From Pseudomonadota bacterium (GTDB lineage Bacteria > Pseudomonadota > Alphaproteobacteria > Rhodobacterales > Rhodobacteraceae), in contig JBCDDS010000004.1 of NCBI GenBank assembly GCA_039180185.1, positions 3,309 through 67,308 of the forward strand: 64,000 bases of DNA. Reading direction: 5' to 3'. Position 1 is the stretch's first letter, and each line of letters begins with the position of its first letter. The notes under the pieces were generated by a model, which saw only the letters and a program-made list of their open reading frames with translations, ran no database searches and was not told where the DNA came from. The translations under genes and the position numbers were made by a program. Shown one piece after another: positions 50,622-60,222 of the stretch.

Positions 50622-52031
50622 ATGGCAGACCCGCAATCCTCGCTCATCTTAAATTTGCCCTATATACAGCCCTCGCAGGCGCAAAAGCATGTCACCCATA
50701 ATGACGCCCTGCGGGTGCTTGATCACATCGTGCAACTGGCTGTGCTGGCGCGTAATCTGACGACGCCACCTGCGGATCCCGCAGCGGGAGATCGATACGT
50801 TGTGGCAACGGGTGCACAGGATGTCTGGGCAGGCCATGACAGCGAAATCGCCATCTTTGACGGCAATGACTGGGTGTTCGTGCCAGCGCGGGAAGGGTGG
50901 CATGCACAAGATCTTGGGACAGGCGCACGTATCGTTTTCGCAAGTGGCACATGGCAAACCGCCGATTTGGGGGCGGTGGATACGCTGGGGGTCAACGCGA
51001 GCGCCGATCCGGTCAACCGATTTGCCGTTTCATCGGAAGCGGTCCTGCTGAACCATGAAGGGGCAGGGCACCAGCTTAAGGTGAACAAGGCAGCTTCGGG
51101 TGACACTGCAAGCCTACTATTTCAAACCGGCTTTTCAGGCCGTGCCGAGATGGGTACCGCTGGCAATGACGATTTCTCGATAAAGGTCACTGCCGATGGT
51201 GCAAACTGGAACGATGCTCTGGTCATTGATGCGGCAACTGGTGAAGTTGATGCGCCGGTCGCAAGTTGGCGAAAAGTGCTGAACGGGCCACGCATCTATT
51301 TCGTTGACCCTGCTCTAGGAGATGACGCCAATGACGGGCTTTCCGCAGGCGCAGCGGCCTTCGCTACGATTTCACGTGCGATTGGCGTGGCTCAAGGCAT
51401 TGATGCGAGTGGACATGCCATAACGATCCGCCTTGCTGATGGCAGCTATGCCTTGTCGGGCGCTTTGAGCATTAATCACGCTGTAATTGGTGGGGAGCAA
51501 CTTATCATTGAGGGCAATACTGCCGCTCCAACCCAGGTTACAATTTCAGCATCAGATGAAGTTTTCGATGTCGCCGGAGGCGCGCTTCTTCTGCGTGGCA
51601 TCCAGGTTGGAAACAGCAGCGGCACCAAGCCCGCGATCCAGGTGAAAAACGGTGGTCGCGTCACTCTTGACCGCGTCGACTTTGCTGCATCTGGTCAGCA
51701 TATCCGGGCTGAAAATGCGCAGCTTCGCATTGAAGGGGATTACGACATCTCTGGTGGAGCTGAGGTGCATATTTACCTGTCTGACGGCGCACGATTTGTC
51801 AGCGATAGCGTGAGTGTCACTCTGAACGGCGCGCCTGCCTTCGCCTTCGCCTTTGTCAGATGCGACACAGGTAGCAGCGCGCGGTTCACGGGAACGAGCT
51901 TTTCGGGCAGTGCGACCGCACTGCGCTATGCAATCACCGGCAATGGCGTTGTAGATACAGCTGGGGCCGGGGCCACCTATCTGCCTGGCGACACGGTCGG
52001 CACCATTCAAAGCGGCGGCCAGTACCTCTAA
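50622..52031 (+). CDS. DUF2793 protein with C-terminal beta-helix-like domain (phage/GTA tail-fibre-like)
   Basis: LPYIQPSQAQKHVTHNDAL, PP..P..GDRYVV, W.G....IA, FQTGFSGRAEMG; C-terminal YFVD...G.D.N.G...AFATI..AI. Confidence 0.8.
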   Translation: MADPQSSLILNLPYIQPSQAQKHVTHNDALRVLDHIVQLAVLARNLTTPPADPAAGDRYVVATGAQDVWAGHDSEIAIFDGNDWVFVPAREGWHAQDLGTGARIVFASGTWQTADLGAVDTLGVNASADPVNRFAVSSEAVLLNHEGAGHQLKVNKAASGDTASLLFQTGFSGRAEMGTAGNDDFSIKVTADGANWNDALVIDAATGEVDAPVASWRKVLNGPRIYFVDPALGDDANDGLSAGAAAFATISRAIGVAQGIDASGHAITIRLADGSYALSGALSINHAVIGGEQLIIEGNTAAPTQVTISASDEVFDVAGGALLLRGIQVGNSSGTKPAIQVKNGGRVTLDRVDFAASGQHIRAENAQLRIEGDYDISGGAEVHIYLSDGARFVSDSVSVTLNGAPAFAFAFVRCDTGSSARFTGTSFSGSATALRYAITGNGVVDTAGAGATYLPGDTVGTIQSGGQYL

Positions 52032-52218
52032 GCCAAACACCAAATTGCTTGCAGACACGCGGCAACACCCTGTCGTCAACTGGCTCAGCCCGCTTGCAAG
52101 TCGCGCGTTTCTTTTTCAAAACAGCTTTGAGTATGAAGATGCCGGAGCTGATTGATGCTGATCCTGTCTTTTCCAGACGCCGTCGCGCATGCGCGGTATT
52201 CCCGAAGGCAGGTCTGAC

Positions 52219-53232
52219 ATGGCGAAGTTTCTGGTCACGGGCTCAGCAGGTTTCATCGGGTTTTTTCTGACGCGACGCTTACTCGCTGATGGTCACGAAG
52301 TCATTGGTTTCGATGCGCTCACGGATTATTACGACGTGACGCTGAAGCAAAAGCGCCAAGACATACTGTCTCAAGACCGCAAGTTTTTCGCTGTCAACGA
52401 GCGGCTCGAAGACGAGGGCGTTTTGCTTGATCTGATGGCGCGGGAACGTCCGAATGCGGTGGTGCATCTCGCTGCACAGGCTGGCGTGCGCTATTCCATC
52501 GACAATCCACGTTCGTACGTCGATGCGAACCTGATTGGCACGTTCAACCTATTGGAGGCGGCGCGCGCGCATCCGTGTACGCACATGTTGATGGCGTCGA
52601 CCTCTTCGGTTTACGGCGCCAATACCGAGATGCCCTATGCGGAAGCGCATAAGGCTGATGCGCAGATGTCGTTCTACGCGGCCACGAAGAAGGCGGGAGA
52701 GGCGATGGCGCATTCCTACGCCCATCTTTATGGTCTGCCGATTACGATGTTCCGGTTTTTTACGGTTTACGGGCCGTGGGGTCGCCCGGATATGGCGCAT
52801 TTTAAGTTCACCAATGCGATCCTGCGTGGACAGCCGATCGATATTTACAACCACGGTAATATGCGCCGTGACTTTACCTATATCGACGACTTGGTGGAGG
52901 CGCTTTGCCTTTTGCTCGATAAAGCGCCCGAAAAGCCTGGCGAACGCAAAGCAAGCGTTGTGAATGACAGCTTGTCAGAGGTTGCGCCGTACCGACTGAT
53001 CAATATCGGTAACTCGGAACCCGTACAGTTGATGGAATTCGTCGAGGCTCTTGAAGCAGCCATCGGTCAATCGGCTGAGAAAAACTTCATGGATATGCAG
53101 CCCGGCGACGTGCCCGCGACATGGGCCGATGCGTCGCTTTTGAGCGCGCTTACCGGCTATCGTCCGCAAGTATCCGTGAGTGATGGCGTGGCCAGGTTCG
53201 TCGCCTGGTACCGGGAGTATTACGGCGTCTAA
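52219..53232 (+). CDS. NAD-dependent epimerase (UDP-glucuronate 4-epimerase type)
   Basis: TGSAGFIG, HLAAQAGVRYS, YAATKK, RFFTVYGPWGRPDMA, QPGDV..T.AD. Confidence 0.92.
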   Translation: MAKFLVTGSAGFIGFFLTRRLLADGHEVIGFDALTDYYDVTLKQKRQDILSQDRKFFAVNERLEDEGVLLDLMARERPNAVVHLAAQAGVRYSIDNPRSYVDANLIGTFNLLEAARAHPCTHMLMASTSSVYGANTEMPYAEAHKADAQMSFYAATKKAGEAMAHSYAHLYGLPITMFRFFTVYGPWGRPDMAHFKFTNAILRGQPIDIYNHGNMRRDFTYIDDLVEALCLLLDKAPEKPGERKASVVNDSLSEVAPYRLINIGNSEPVQLMEFVEALEAAIGQSAEKNFMDMQPGDVPATWADASLLSALTGYRPQVSVSDGVARFVAWYREYYGV

Positions 53233-53285
53233 AGTGCGACAATGCAGCCTTGAAGACTACGCTGCCGCACCGCCTTGCCCATCTC

Positions 53286-53786
53286 TTAAGGCAAAAGAAC
53301 CGCGTCGATGACGTGGATTACACCATTCGAGGCAAATACGTCAGGTGTGATAACGTTTGCATTCTCGATGCGGACACCGTTGCGTCCATCGAGATGCAGT
53401 TTGCTGCCCTGAACGCTTGTAAGGCTGCCACGTTTACCAACAAGGCTAGCGGCAGGCGCTTCACCGGCGACCACGTGGTAGGTCAAAATGTCGACCAGTT
53501 TGTCTTTGTTTTCAGGTTCAAGCAATGACTCGACCGTACCGGCCGGTAGGGCGGCGAATGCGTCGTCCGTTGGGGCAAAGACGGTGAAAGGACCTGGGCT
53601 GCGCAGTGTTTCAACCAAACCTGCGGCTTGAACCGCGGCCACGAGTGTATTGAATGATCCAGCTGCGATGGCCGTATCAACGATATCTGGCTCGCTTGGC
53701 TCAGTTGCACAGGCCGACAGACCTGCAGCTCCGAGCAGTCCAACACCCAATTTCATAATATGGCGGCGATTGTAAGTTACTTGCAT
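53286..53786 (-). CDS. Fasciclin (FAS1) domain lipoprotein with twin-arginine signal
   Basis: NRRHIM...LSAC lipobox; [33 protein letters not shown]. Confidence 0.92.
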   Translation of the reverse strand: MQVTYNRRHIMKLGVGLLGAAGLSACATEPSEPDIVDTAIAAGSFNTLVAAVQAAGLVETLRSPGPFTVFAPTDDAFAALPAGTVESLLEPENKDKLVDILTYHVVAGEAPAASLVGKRGSLTSVQGSKLHLDGRNGVRIENANVITPDVFASNGVIHVIDAVLLP

Positions 53787-53842
53787 ATTTCTTCTCTCTT
53801 TTAGCGTCGCGACTACAGCGACAAGGCCGTGCAAAGTAGTAT

Positions 53843-53916
53843 GTGTGTAATTTGCACACGTAGCGAAATGTCGCAGTTTCGATTTTCGTCAAGAAAATTG
53901 TGGAAAAATTTCACAC
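53843..53916. promoter_or_regulatory. 17-bp operator-like sites in the fasciclin/DUF6502 divergent promoter
   Basis: GTGTGTAATTTGCACAC (53843-53859) and GTGGAAAAATTTCACAC (53900-53916); the latter is 16/17 identical to the 8632 site. Confidence 0.75.
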
Positions 53917-53935
53917 AACGTCTTAACTGAGAGCG

Positions 53936-54784
53936 ATGAAGGGTACAGACTCTGGGGAAATGCTGCAGGTCCTGAAAGGCTTGCTTAGACCGCTCGTTCG
54001 CTTGCTCATTAGCCGCGGCGTTAGCGCACCCGCGCTCTATAGAGTGCTGAAATCCGTGTATGTAGAGGTTGCGCACAAGGACTTTCGTATCGACGACATG
54101 CCGCCAACCGACAGTCGTGTCAGTATGATCACTGGTGTGCATCGCCGGGATGTGAAATCAATACTGTCTGATGAAGATGAGAGTTGGGAAAGTGCGCGTT
54201 CCAAGACAGTGACATTCGCGACGGTTTTGGGGCAATGGATTGCGCGTCCAGATTATCAAGATGAAAACGGCCGGCCTCGTCCATTGCTTCGTACAGGCGA
54301 AGATGGCGTGGATTTTGAAAGTTTGGTCCAAGACGTTAGCCGCGACATTCGTCCGCGCACCATACTTGACGAACTTTTTCGCCAGGGGCTTGTAACAGAG
54401 GGCGAGGATGGACTTTTGTCCGTTAATGAAGGCGCTTTGGCAGGCCCTGCTTCAGAAGAACACAAAATGGTGTTCTTCGCGACGAACGTGGGTGATCATT
54501 TGGCCGCCGCGACAGAAAACCTTTTGTCAGAAGAGCCACCTTATTTCGAACGTGCGGTGTTTTACAGCCATCTTTCGCCGACATCAGTGGACGCAATCGA
54601 AGCGCGTGCGCGTGAAATGGCTCAAAGCCTTTTGGAGGATTTAAACTCTGAAAGCAGTGCGTTACAGGTTGAAGATAAGGAAAGCTCTGGGCAAAAAGAG
54701 CGGTACCGGTTTGGCGTCTACTTCTACCGCGAAGGTTCTGGCGGATCCGAGCAAGTGAAGGCGAGGGATGAAGAAAGTGACTAG
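53936..54784 (+). CDS. DUF6502 family protein, probable HTH DNA-binding protein
   Basis: LLRPLVRLLI..GV, TDSRVSMITGVHRRDV (HTH-like), W...PDY.D..G.P.PL, FE.LV..VS.DIRPR.ILDEL, FERAVFY, YRFGVYFY. Confidence 0.75.
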   Translation: MKGTDSGEMLQVLKGLLRPLVRLLISRGVSAPALYRVLKSVYVEVAHKDFRIDDMPPTDSRVSMITGVHRRDVKSILSDEDESWESARSKTVTFATVLGQWIARPDYQDENGRPRPLLRTGEDGVDFESLVQDVSRDIRPRTILDELFRQGLVTEGEDGLLSVNEGALAGPASEEHKMVFFATNVGDHLAAATENLLSEEPPYFERAVFYSHLSPTSVDAIEARAREMAQSLLEDLNSESSALQVEDKESSGQKERYRFGVYFYREGSGGSEQVKARDEESD

Positions 54785-55718
54785 CACCACCCGGCGCAAG
54801 GTCCTCGGCCTGCTTGGCTCCACAGCTTTGGCGGCCTGTAGCGCGCCGCAAATAGTCTCTCGCGATGCAAATGACCCTTTCGAAGGCGGTATTGGTGGTA
54901 CAGGTATCGTCGGACTGCTCACAGATTTCGGCAGCCTTATCGTCAATGGTTTGAGGGTGGAGGTTGAAAACGATACAAAAGTCGTTTCGGCATACGGTGT
55001 CGTATCGCAGGACGTTCTGGCACCCGGTATGGCGCTTACGGTGTATGCAACGCGAAACCGCGACGCGATTATTGCGCGGCAGGTCTCTGTTGATTACGCG
55101 CTCGTCGGAACGGCACAGCGCGATGGCGTCAACTTTTCCGTTAATGGCGTTTCTGTTTTTCTAGAGCCCGGTGCGTTAGGGCGGTTCGATAATGGAGCGC
55201 GGGTTGCTTTGAACGGGGCATGGGCAAAAGAAGGTTTCGTTGCCAGCCGCGTCGATCCTGCACCTGATGCGCGTGATCTCATCGCCGGGACTGTAAATCA
55301 TTCCGGCGCGGGTGGGTTCGATATCGGTGGTGCGCAGATCGCGTTTAGCGGCCCGCGCCCTGGAGCTGGAGAATATGGTGTTGCGATTGGACGAGGTAAT
55401 CGCTCAAGGTTTGAAGCTCAGTCGCTAAAAACCGGACGTTTCAATGGAGTTCCGTCTCTTACACAATTGTCCGTTGAGGGTTTCTTAGAACCTGTAGCGG
55501 CACGACCTGGCTTTCGCGTTGCGGGCCTTGGCCATAGTTTCGCACCAAACGTGATGCTGGCACCATTGGCTCAAAGCCGTGCGATCTATTTTGGACCTTA
55601 TAACGGACGTTTCCGCGCACGCGCTGGATATTTGATGCCGCAAGACCTGGTCGCGCGCCGAGGTCTTCTCAAGAATGGGTTTGCGGACGGATTTGACGGG
55701 CAGATCGTAAAGACCTGA
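54768..55718 (+). CDS. DUF5666-type Tat lipoprotein
   Basis: TRRKVL...LAAC lipobox; EGGIGGTGI.G.LT.FGS.IVNG; overlaps the DUF6502 stop (translational coupling). Confidence 0.7.
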   Translation: MKKVTSTTRRKVLGLLGSTALAACSAPQIVSRDANDPFEGGIGGTGIVGLLTDFGSLIVNGLRVEVENDTKVVSAYGVVSQDVLAPGMALTVYATRNRDAIIARQVSVDYALVGTAQRDGVNFSVNGVSVFLEPGALGRFDNGARVALNGAWAKEGFVASRVDPAPDARDLIAGTVNHSGAGGFDIGGAQIAFSGPRPGAGEYGVAIGRGNRSRFEAQSLKTGRFNGVPSLTQLSVEGFLEPVAARPGFRVAGLGHSFAPNVMLAPLAQSRAIYFGPYNGRFRARAGYLMPQDLVARRGLLKNGFADGFDGQIVKT

Positions 55719-55847
55719 TAAACTAGTAAGTATGTTTTCTATTGAAGCCAGCTGATCGCCTTTCCATCGTGACACTCAGACCAAAGTTCCTTAGTTGGTA
55801 AGCGACGACATCCACGATTCACCTTGATGCAAAGGCTGTAACAGCAA

Positions 55848-56240
55848 ATGTCGCCCTGGCAGGACCAAATTCTGCAAATGCTTGAACGGTATGATGGTTT
55901 CGAAATCGAAACCACGAATGGTTTCCTTTCAGTAAACTGCGAAAATGAAGCTAGCTTCGAGGTCTCTATCCAGTCAACCGGCGACGGTTTTCAAGTGAAC
56001 TTCGGTGGCTGGCATGAACACTTTAGTGATCAGGAAGAGGCCTTGAATTGTTTCGCTTTCGGCCTGTCGACCAATTGCAGGTTAAAGGTTGTAAAGCGCG
56101 GGAAAATGGAATGCGCTTGGACTGTCCAATCATTCGACGGTGGCGAATGGATCGACGATTCCACGACTGGCTTACTGGTGTTCCCTTTTTGGTATTCGAA
56201 AACTGTGGAGCATAGGCAAAACGTGGTGAACCCACGTTAG
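55848..56240 (+). CDS. Hypothetical protein
   Basis: 130-aa ORF filling an intergenic gap with protein-like composition (WHEHF, CFAFGLS). Confidence 0.6.
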   Translation: MSPWQDQILQMLERYDGFEIETTNGFLSVNCENEASFEVSIQSTGDGFQVNFGGWHEHFSDQEEALNCFAFGLSTNCRLKVVKRGKMECAWTVQSFDGGEWIDDSTTGLLVFPFWYSKTVEHRQNVVNPR

Positions 56241-56336
56241 GGCGATTTTCGGTCCTGCTGCAGGATTAAAGATCGGCTTGAACCAAAAACATGATCGCTA
56301 TTATGGCAAGTTGCTTCGCCCAGTGGACAGAAATAC

Positions 56337-57422
56337 TCAGAATAGGTGCCCTGATTTGCGCGCTTTTGTGGCAAGGTAGGCCTGATTATGCTGCGTTTCG
56401 CCTACCTGAAGTGGCACGCGTTCGACCACATTGACGCCTTGGCTTTGCATCATGTCAATCTTGGCTGGATTGTTTGTCAACAAACGCACCGATGACACGC
56501 CCATCGCCTTTAAAATGCTTGAGCCGATCCGAAAGTCGCGTTCGTCATCTTCAAACCCAAGCCGGTGATTGGCCTCTACCGTGTCAAATCCCTGATCCTG
56601 CAGGGCGTAGGCGCGCATCTTGTTGGCAAGTCCAATGCCGCGCCCTTCCTGATTAAGGTAAAGCAGAATACCGGCGCCGGCCTCACCCATCTGCGCCATG
56701 GCACCACGCAACTGCGGTCCGCAATCGCACTTCAAGCTTCCCAGTATGTCACCGGTCAAACAGGCAGAATGCAACCTTGTTAAAACGGGCGCCGCACGAT
56801 CTGGGTTGCCAATTTCGATGGCATAGTGCTCCTCCGTGCCATCGTCAGGTCGATAGATGTACAACCGGCCTTGCTCTGAAACCTCCAGCGGCAGGCGCGC
56901 GTCCACGACGCGGCTCAACAAAGTTTTGTCCTTGATGGCGTTGATCGCTGCATCTGCGTCTAAAACGGTGAGCGTTTCTATCCCTGCCGTATCGGTCGGA
57001 ATAGTCGCAAAAACTACAGCTGGCAAAAGATGCGCGGTTTTGACGATGTTGATGGCCAGTCGATGAAGGGAGGCCTCTCCGTCTCGCTGGGCGCTCAAAG
57101 GACCTTTCATCGGTGCATTCAGGTCGTCTGCGGGATCAGCCAAACTCCGGATCCATGAGGCATCAGCATGATTTGGCAGAATAATCCGCGCAATATCGCC
57201 GTCATAAGGATGCGCCTTGAGCGTCGCAGCGCGTCGTGCCGTGACGGTGACAACAGGTAAGCCGGACAATGTACGCATATCTTTAAGACGGGCGTCTGTA
57301 ATCATTTCAGCTGCAAAAATCAGGGCGCGTGCTTCACCTTGGCGCAAAATGACACCCAGCCCCATGCGGAGATCCGCACGGGCGCGACCCAAAAGTTCAT
57401 TTATCGTTGGCTCAAAGCTCAT
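56337..57422 (-). CDS. ribA: GTP cyclohydrolase II
   Basis: RLHSACLTGD..GSLKCDCG, QEGRGIGL.NK..AY.LQD, LLTNNP.K; degenerate N-terminal RibB-like part. Confidence 0.92.
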   Translation of the reverse strand: MSFEPTINELLGRARADLRMGLGVILRQGEARALIFAAEMITDARLKDMRTLSGLPVVTVTARRAATLKAHPYDGDIARIILPNHADASWIRSLADPADDLNAPMKGPLSAQRDGEASLHRLAINIVKTAHLLPAVVFATIPTDTAGIETLTVLDADAAINAIKDKTLLSRVVDARLPLEVSEQGRLYIYRPDDGTEEHYAIEIGNPDRAAPVLTRLHSACLTGDILGSLKCDCGPQLRGAMAQMGEAGAGILLYLNQEGRGIGLANKMRAYALQDQGFDTVEANHRLGFEDDERDFRIGSSILKAMGVSSVRLLTNNPAKIDMMQSQGVNVVERVPLQVGETQHNQAYLATKARKSGHLF

Positions 57423-57584
57423 GACGCCGCCATTTTGCGTTTCTACGTGACAGCCGCAATCGGTTTTTCTGTTGGTTGAAACATTTTAACAACTGATACA
57501 CTTGGACGTGATTGACGTGTCACAATTCTTGTCTAACCCGACAGACTGTCGCAAGTACGGGTAAATTTATTGAAGGAAAGCTAC

Positions 57585-58271
57585 ATGGCTCAACTCAAAA
57601 AAATACTGCTGGTCGATGATGATGATGACCTGCGTGAGGCGATTGCTGAGCAACTGATGATGACAGAAGACTTTGATGTTTTCGACGCAGCGACAGGCCA
57701 AGACGCTATGGCGAAGATCAAAGACGGTATTTTCGACCTTTTGATACTTGATGTTGGCTTACCTGATACAGACGGTCGCGAATTGTGCCGTATGATGCGC
57801 AAGCAAGGGGTCAAAGCTCCGATCATGATGCTGACTGGTCATGATGGCGATGCGGATACCATCCTTGGTTTGGACGCTGGCGCCAACGACTACGTTACAA
57901 AACCTTTCAAATTCCCTGTATTGTTGGCGCGTATCCGCGCGCAGCTACGCCAGCACGAGCAATCTGAAGATGCTATTTTTACGCTTGGGCCGTACACGTT
58001 CAAACCAGCGCTTAAGATGCTGATGACAGACGATAATCGCAAGATCCGTCTGACCGAAAAAGAAACCAATATTTTGAAGTTCCTATACCGCTCACCAGAC
58101 GGTGTCGTGGCCCGCGACGTGCTCTTGCACGAGGTTTGGGGTTACAATGCCGGCGTCACCACTCACACACTTGAAACGCACATTTATCGTTTGCGTCAGA
58201 AGATCGAACCCGATCCATCCAACGCACGCCTTTTGGTCACTGAGTCAGGAGGCTACCGGTTACTTGCATAA
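57585..58271 (+). CDS. OmpR family response regulator
   Basis: LVDDD, LDVGLPD, GANDY.TKPF, winged helix LTEKE...LETHIYRLRQK. Confidence 0.95.
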   Translation: MAQLKKILLVDDDDDLREAIAEQLMMTEDFDVFDAATGQDAMAKIKDGIFDLLILDVGLPDTDGRELCRMMRKQGVKAPIMMLTGHDGDADTILGLDAGANDYVTKPFKFPVLLARIRAQLRQHEQSEDAIFTLGPYTFKPALKMLMTDDNRKIRLTEKETNILKFLYRSPDGVVARDVLLHEVWGYNAGVTTHTLETHIYRLRQKIEPDPSNARLLVTESGGYRLLA

Positions 58272-58406
58272 TACCGGTGCGTATGGTCACCGCAGAGTTT
58301 GTCCCTCCTGCTGACCGCGCATTCGTAAAGGCCGCGTATTACCGCGGATGACGACCCCCATAATCGTCTTGATCGCCTCGGCTTTGTGCCGGGGCTTTCT
58401 TTTTTT
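58272..58406 (+). ncRNA. Candidate 3'UTR-derived sRNA (SorX-like)
   Basis: Directly after the OmpR-type gene; hairpin presenting CCCTCC (58303-58308), ending in a terminator. Matches the ompR-1/SorX arrangement of R. sphaeroides as I recall it. Confidence 0.5.
58375..58406 (+). terminator. Rho-independent terminator
   Basis: GCCTCGGC-TTTGT-GCCGGGGC followed by TTTCTTTTTTT. Confidence 0.8.
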
Positions 58407-58429
58407 GCTGGGCCGTTTTACGCAAAGGC

Positions 58430-59410
58430 ATGTGGAAACTCGTCAAAAGTCTGAACTGGGCGCTGTTTGCCATATTGGTTGTTTTGGCAATCGGGCGTTT
58501 GATCGCTGTGTCACGGGAAACAGCACCTCTGGAGGTGATTAAACCACCAGAAGGCCGCTTGGTGCAGGCTGGCCGAGACTCGATCTTTCTTCTGGAGGAA
58601 GGGCCGGCGGATGGGCCAATGCTGCTCTTCGCGCATGGTACAGCGGCTTGGTCGGGTCTCTGGGAGCCGACGCTGAGAGCGTTGGGAACAAAGGATTGGC
58701 GCGCTGTTGGGTTTGATATGCCGCCTTTCGGATTTTCTGGGCATGCCGCCGATGGGGATTACTCCAGAACGGCGCAAGCAGACCGAATTCTGCGCTTAGT
58801 CGAGACATTCGAAAGCAAACCGATCATGGTTGCCCATTCTATAGGGGCAGGTCCGGCAGTTGAAGCTGTGATGAAAGACCAATCTGCGTTTGCCGGTCTT
58901 GTTGTGGTCGATGGCGCCTTGGGTCTAAACGGACATGAGCAGGGCAAGACGCTCCTTCTTCCACTAAGGTTTAAGATTATCCGAGAGGCTGTCACGGCGC
59001 TCAGCTTGACCAATCCATTGGCCACGCGTTTCTTTCTACGGGGGTTGATTCATGTCAAAGAGGCGGCCAGTGATGAGGTCGTCTCAGTTCTGCAAATGCC
59101 GTTGGCGCGGCAGGGCACCACTGCGGCTTATGCGGCTTGGGTGCCCTCGCTGCTCGTGCCACCTAAAGACGCTAGGAGCACCCGACCGGAGGCGTACCAA
59201 AACCTAACACTGCCAGTGGTTTACATATGGGGCGAGCAAGATACCGTTACACCGCTCGAGCAAGGGCAAGAGTTAGGTGCGATCACGCCTGGATCACAGC
59301 TTTTGGTTATCAAGGGGGTCGGCCATATTCCACAAATTGAAGATCCCGAGGCGTTCTTACTTGCGCTGGAACGGGCGCTGGGGCTTATTTCGTCAAGTGA
59401 TTTGAACTAA
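58430..59410 (+). CDS. Alpha/beta hydrolase with N-terminal membrane anchor
   Basis: HGTAAW, D.PPFG.S, AHSIG nucleophile elbow, WGEQD, GHIPQIE. Confidence 0.88.
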   Translation: MWKLVKSLNWALFAILVVLAIGRLIAVSRETAPLEVIKPPEGRLVQAGRDSIFLLEEGPADGPMLLFAHGTAAWSGLWEPTLRALGTKDWRAVGFDMPPFGFSGHAADGDYSRTAQADRILRLVETFESKPIMVAHSIGAGPAVEAVMKDQSAFAGLVVVDGALGLNGHEQGKTLLLPLRFKIIREAVTALSLTNPLATRFFLRGLIHVKEAASDEVVSVLQMPLARQGTTAAYAAWVPSLLVPPKDARSTRPEAYQNLTLPVVYIWGEQDTVTPLEQGQELGAITPGSQLLVIKGVGHIPQIEDPEAFLLALERALGLISSSDLN

Positions 59411-59429
59411 GCCTTCGTCAGGACGTCCT

Positions 59430-60218
59430 ATGCCCTTCACTCTCGCCACCTGGAATATCAATTCGGTTCGTCTGCGGGAGCCAATTGTATCGAAACTCCT
59501 GAAGGAGGAAGCGCCAGACGTCTTGTGCCTGCAAGAATGCAAAAGTCCGGTGGAGAAAATCCCGGCGGAGAGCTTTGCGGCGCTTGGCTACGGCCACATG
59601 ATTGCGCGGGGGCAGAAGGGATACAACGGTGTGGCGATCCTCTCAAAACAACCGATAGAGGATGTTGGGGATAAAGACTTTGCCAATCTGGGACATGCCC
59701 GCCACGTGGCCGGGCGGCTTGAGAATGGTGTGGTCATCCATAATTTCTATGTCCCTGCCGGGGGGGATGTACCGGATCGCAGTGTGAACGAGAAATTCGG
59801 CCAAAAGCTCGACTACCTCACCGATATGCGCGACTGGTTCAAATCAGAGCGCCCACAGCGGTCGATCCTTGTTGGTGATCTCAACATCGCCCCGCGAGAG
59901 GATGACGTGTGGTCGCACAAACAGCTTTTGAAAGTGGTGAGCCACACACCTATCGAAGTAGATCACCTGAACGAAGTGATTGAAGCAGGGGCTTGGACGG
60001 ATGTGACCCGCGCCGATATCCCCGAGGGACAACTCTATAGTTGGTGGAGCTATCGCGCGCGGGATTGGGATACGGCTGACAAGGGTCGCAGGCTTGATCA
60101 TATCTGGGCCAGCTCGGACATTAAATCGACCGGGCACTCGAGCCGCATTCTGCGCACGGCGCGCGGATGGGAAAAGCCCAGCGATCACGCTCCGGTCTTC
60201 GCCACTTTTGATCTTTGA
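59430..60218 (+). CDS. xth: Exodeoxyribonuclease III
   Basis: ATWNINS, LCLQE.K, YNGVAILS, GDLNIAP, YSWWSYR, RLDHIW, SDHAPV. Confidence 0.95.
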   Translation: MPFTLATWNINSVRLREPIVSKLLKEEAPDVLCLQECKSPVEKIPAESFAALGYGHMIARGQKGYNGVAILSKQPIEDVGDKDFANLGHARHVAGRLENGVVIHNFYVPAGGDVPDRSVNEKFGQKLDYLTDMRDWFKSERPQRSILVGDLNIAPREDDVWSHKQLLKVVSHTPIEVDHLNEVIEAGAWTDVTRADIPEGQLYSWWSYRARDWDTADKGRRLDHIWASSDIKSTGHSSRILRTARGWEKPSDHAPVFATFDL

Positions 60219-60222
60219 TACA

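Noticed and set aside
50622-52031. Prophage
   Set aside because: Only one tail-fibre-like gene; no integrase, capsid, terminase or att sites in the window.
53860-53876. Possible fifth degenerate operator copy GTAGCGAAATGTCGCAG abutting the 53843 site
   Set aside because: Correct 17-bp phasing but too many mismatches to count without a weight matrix.
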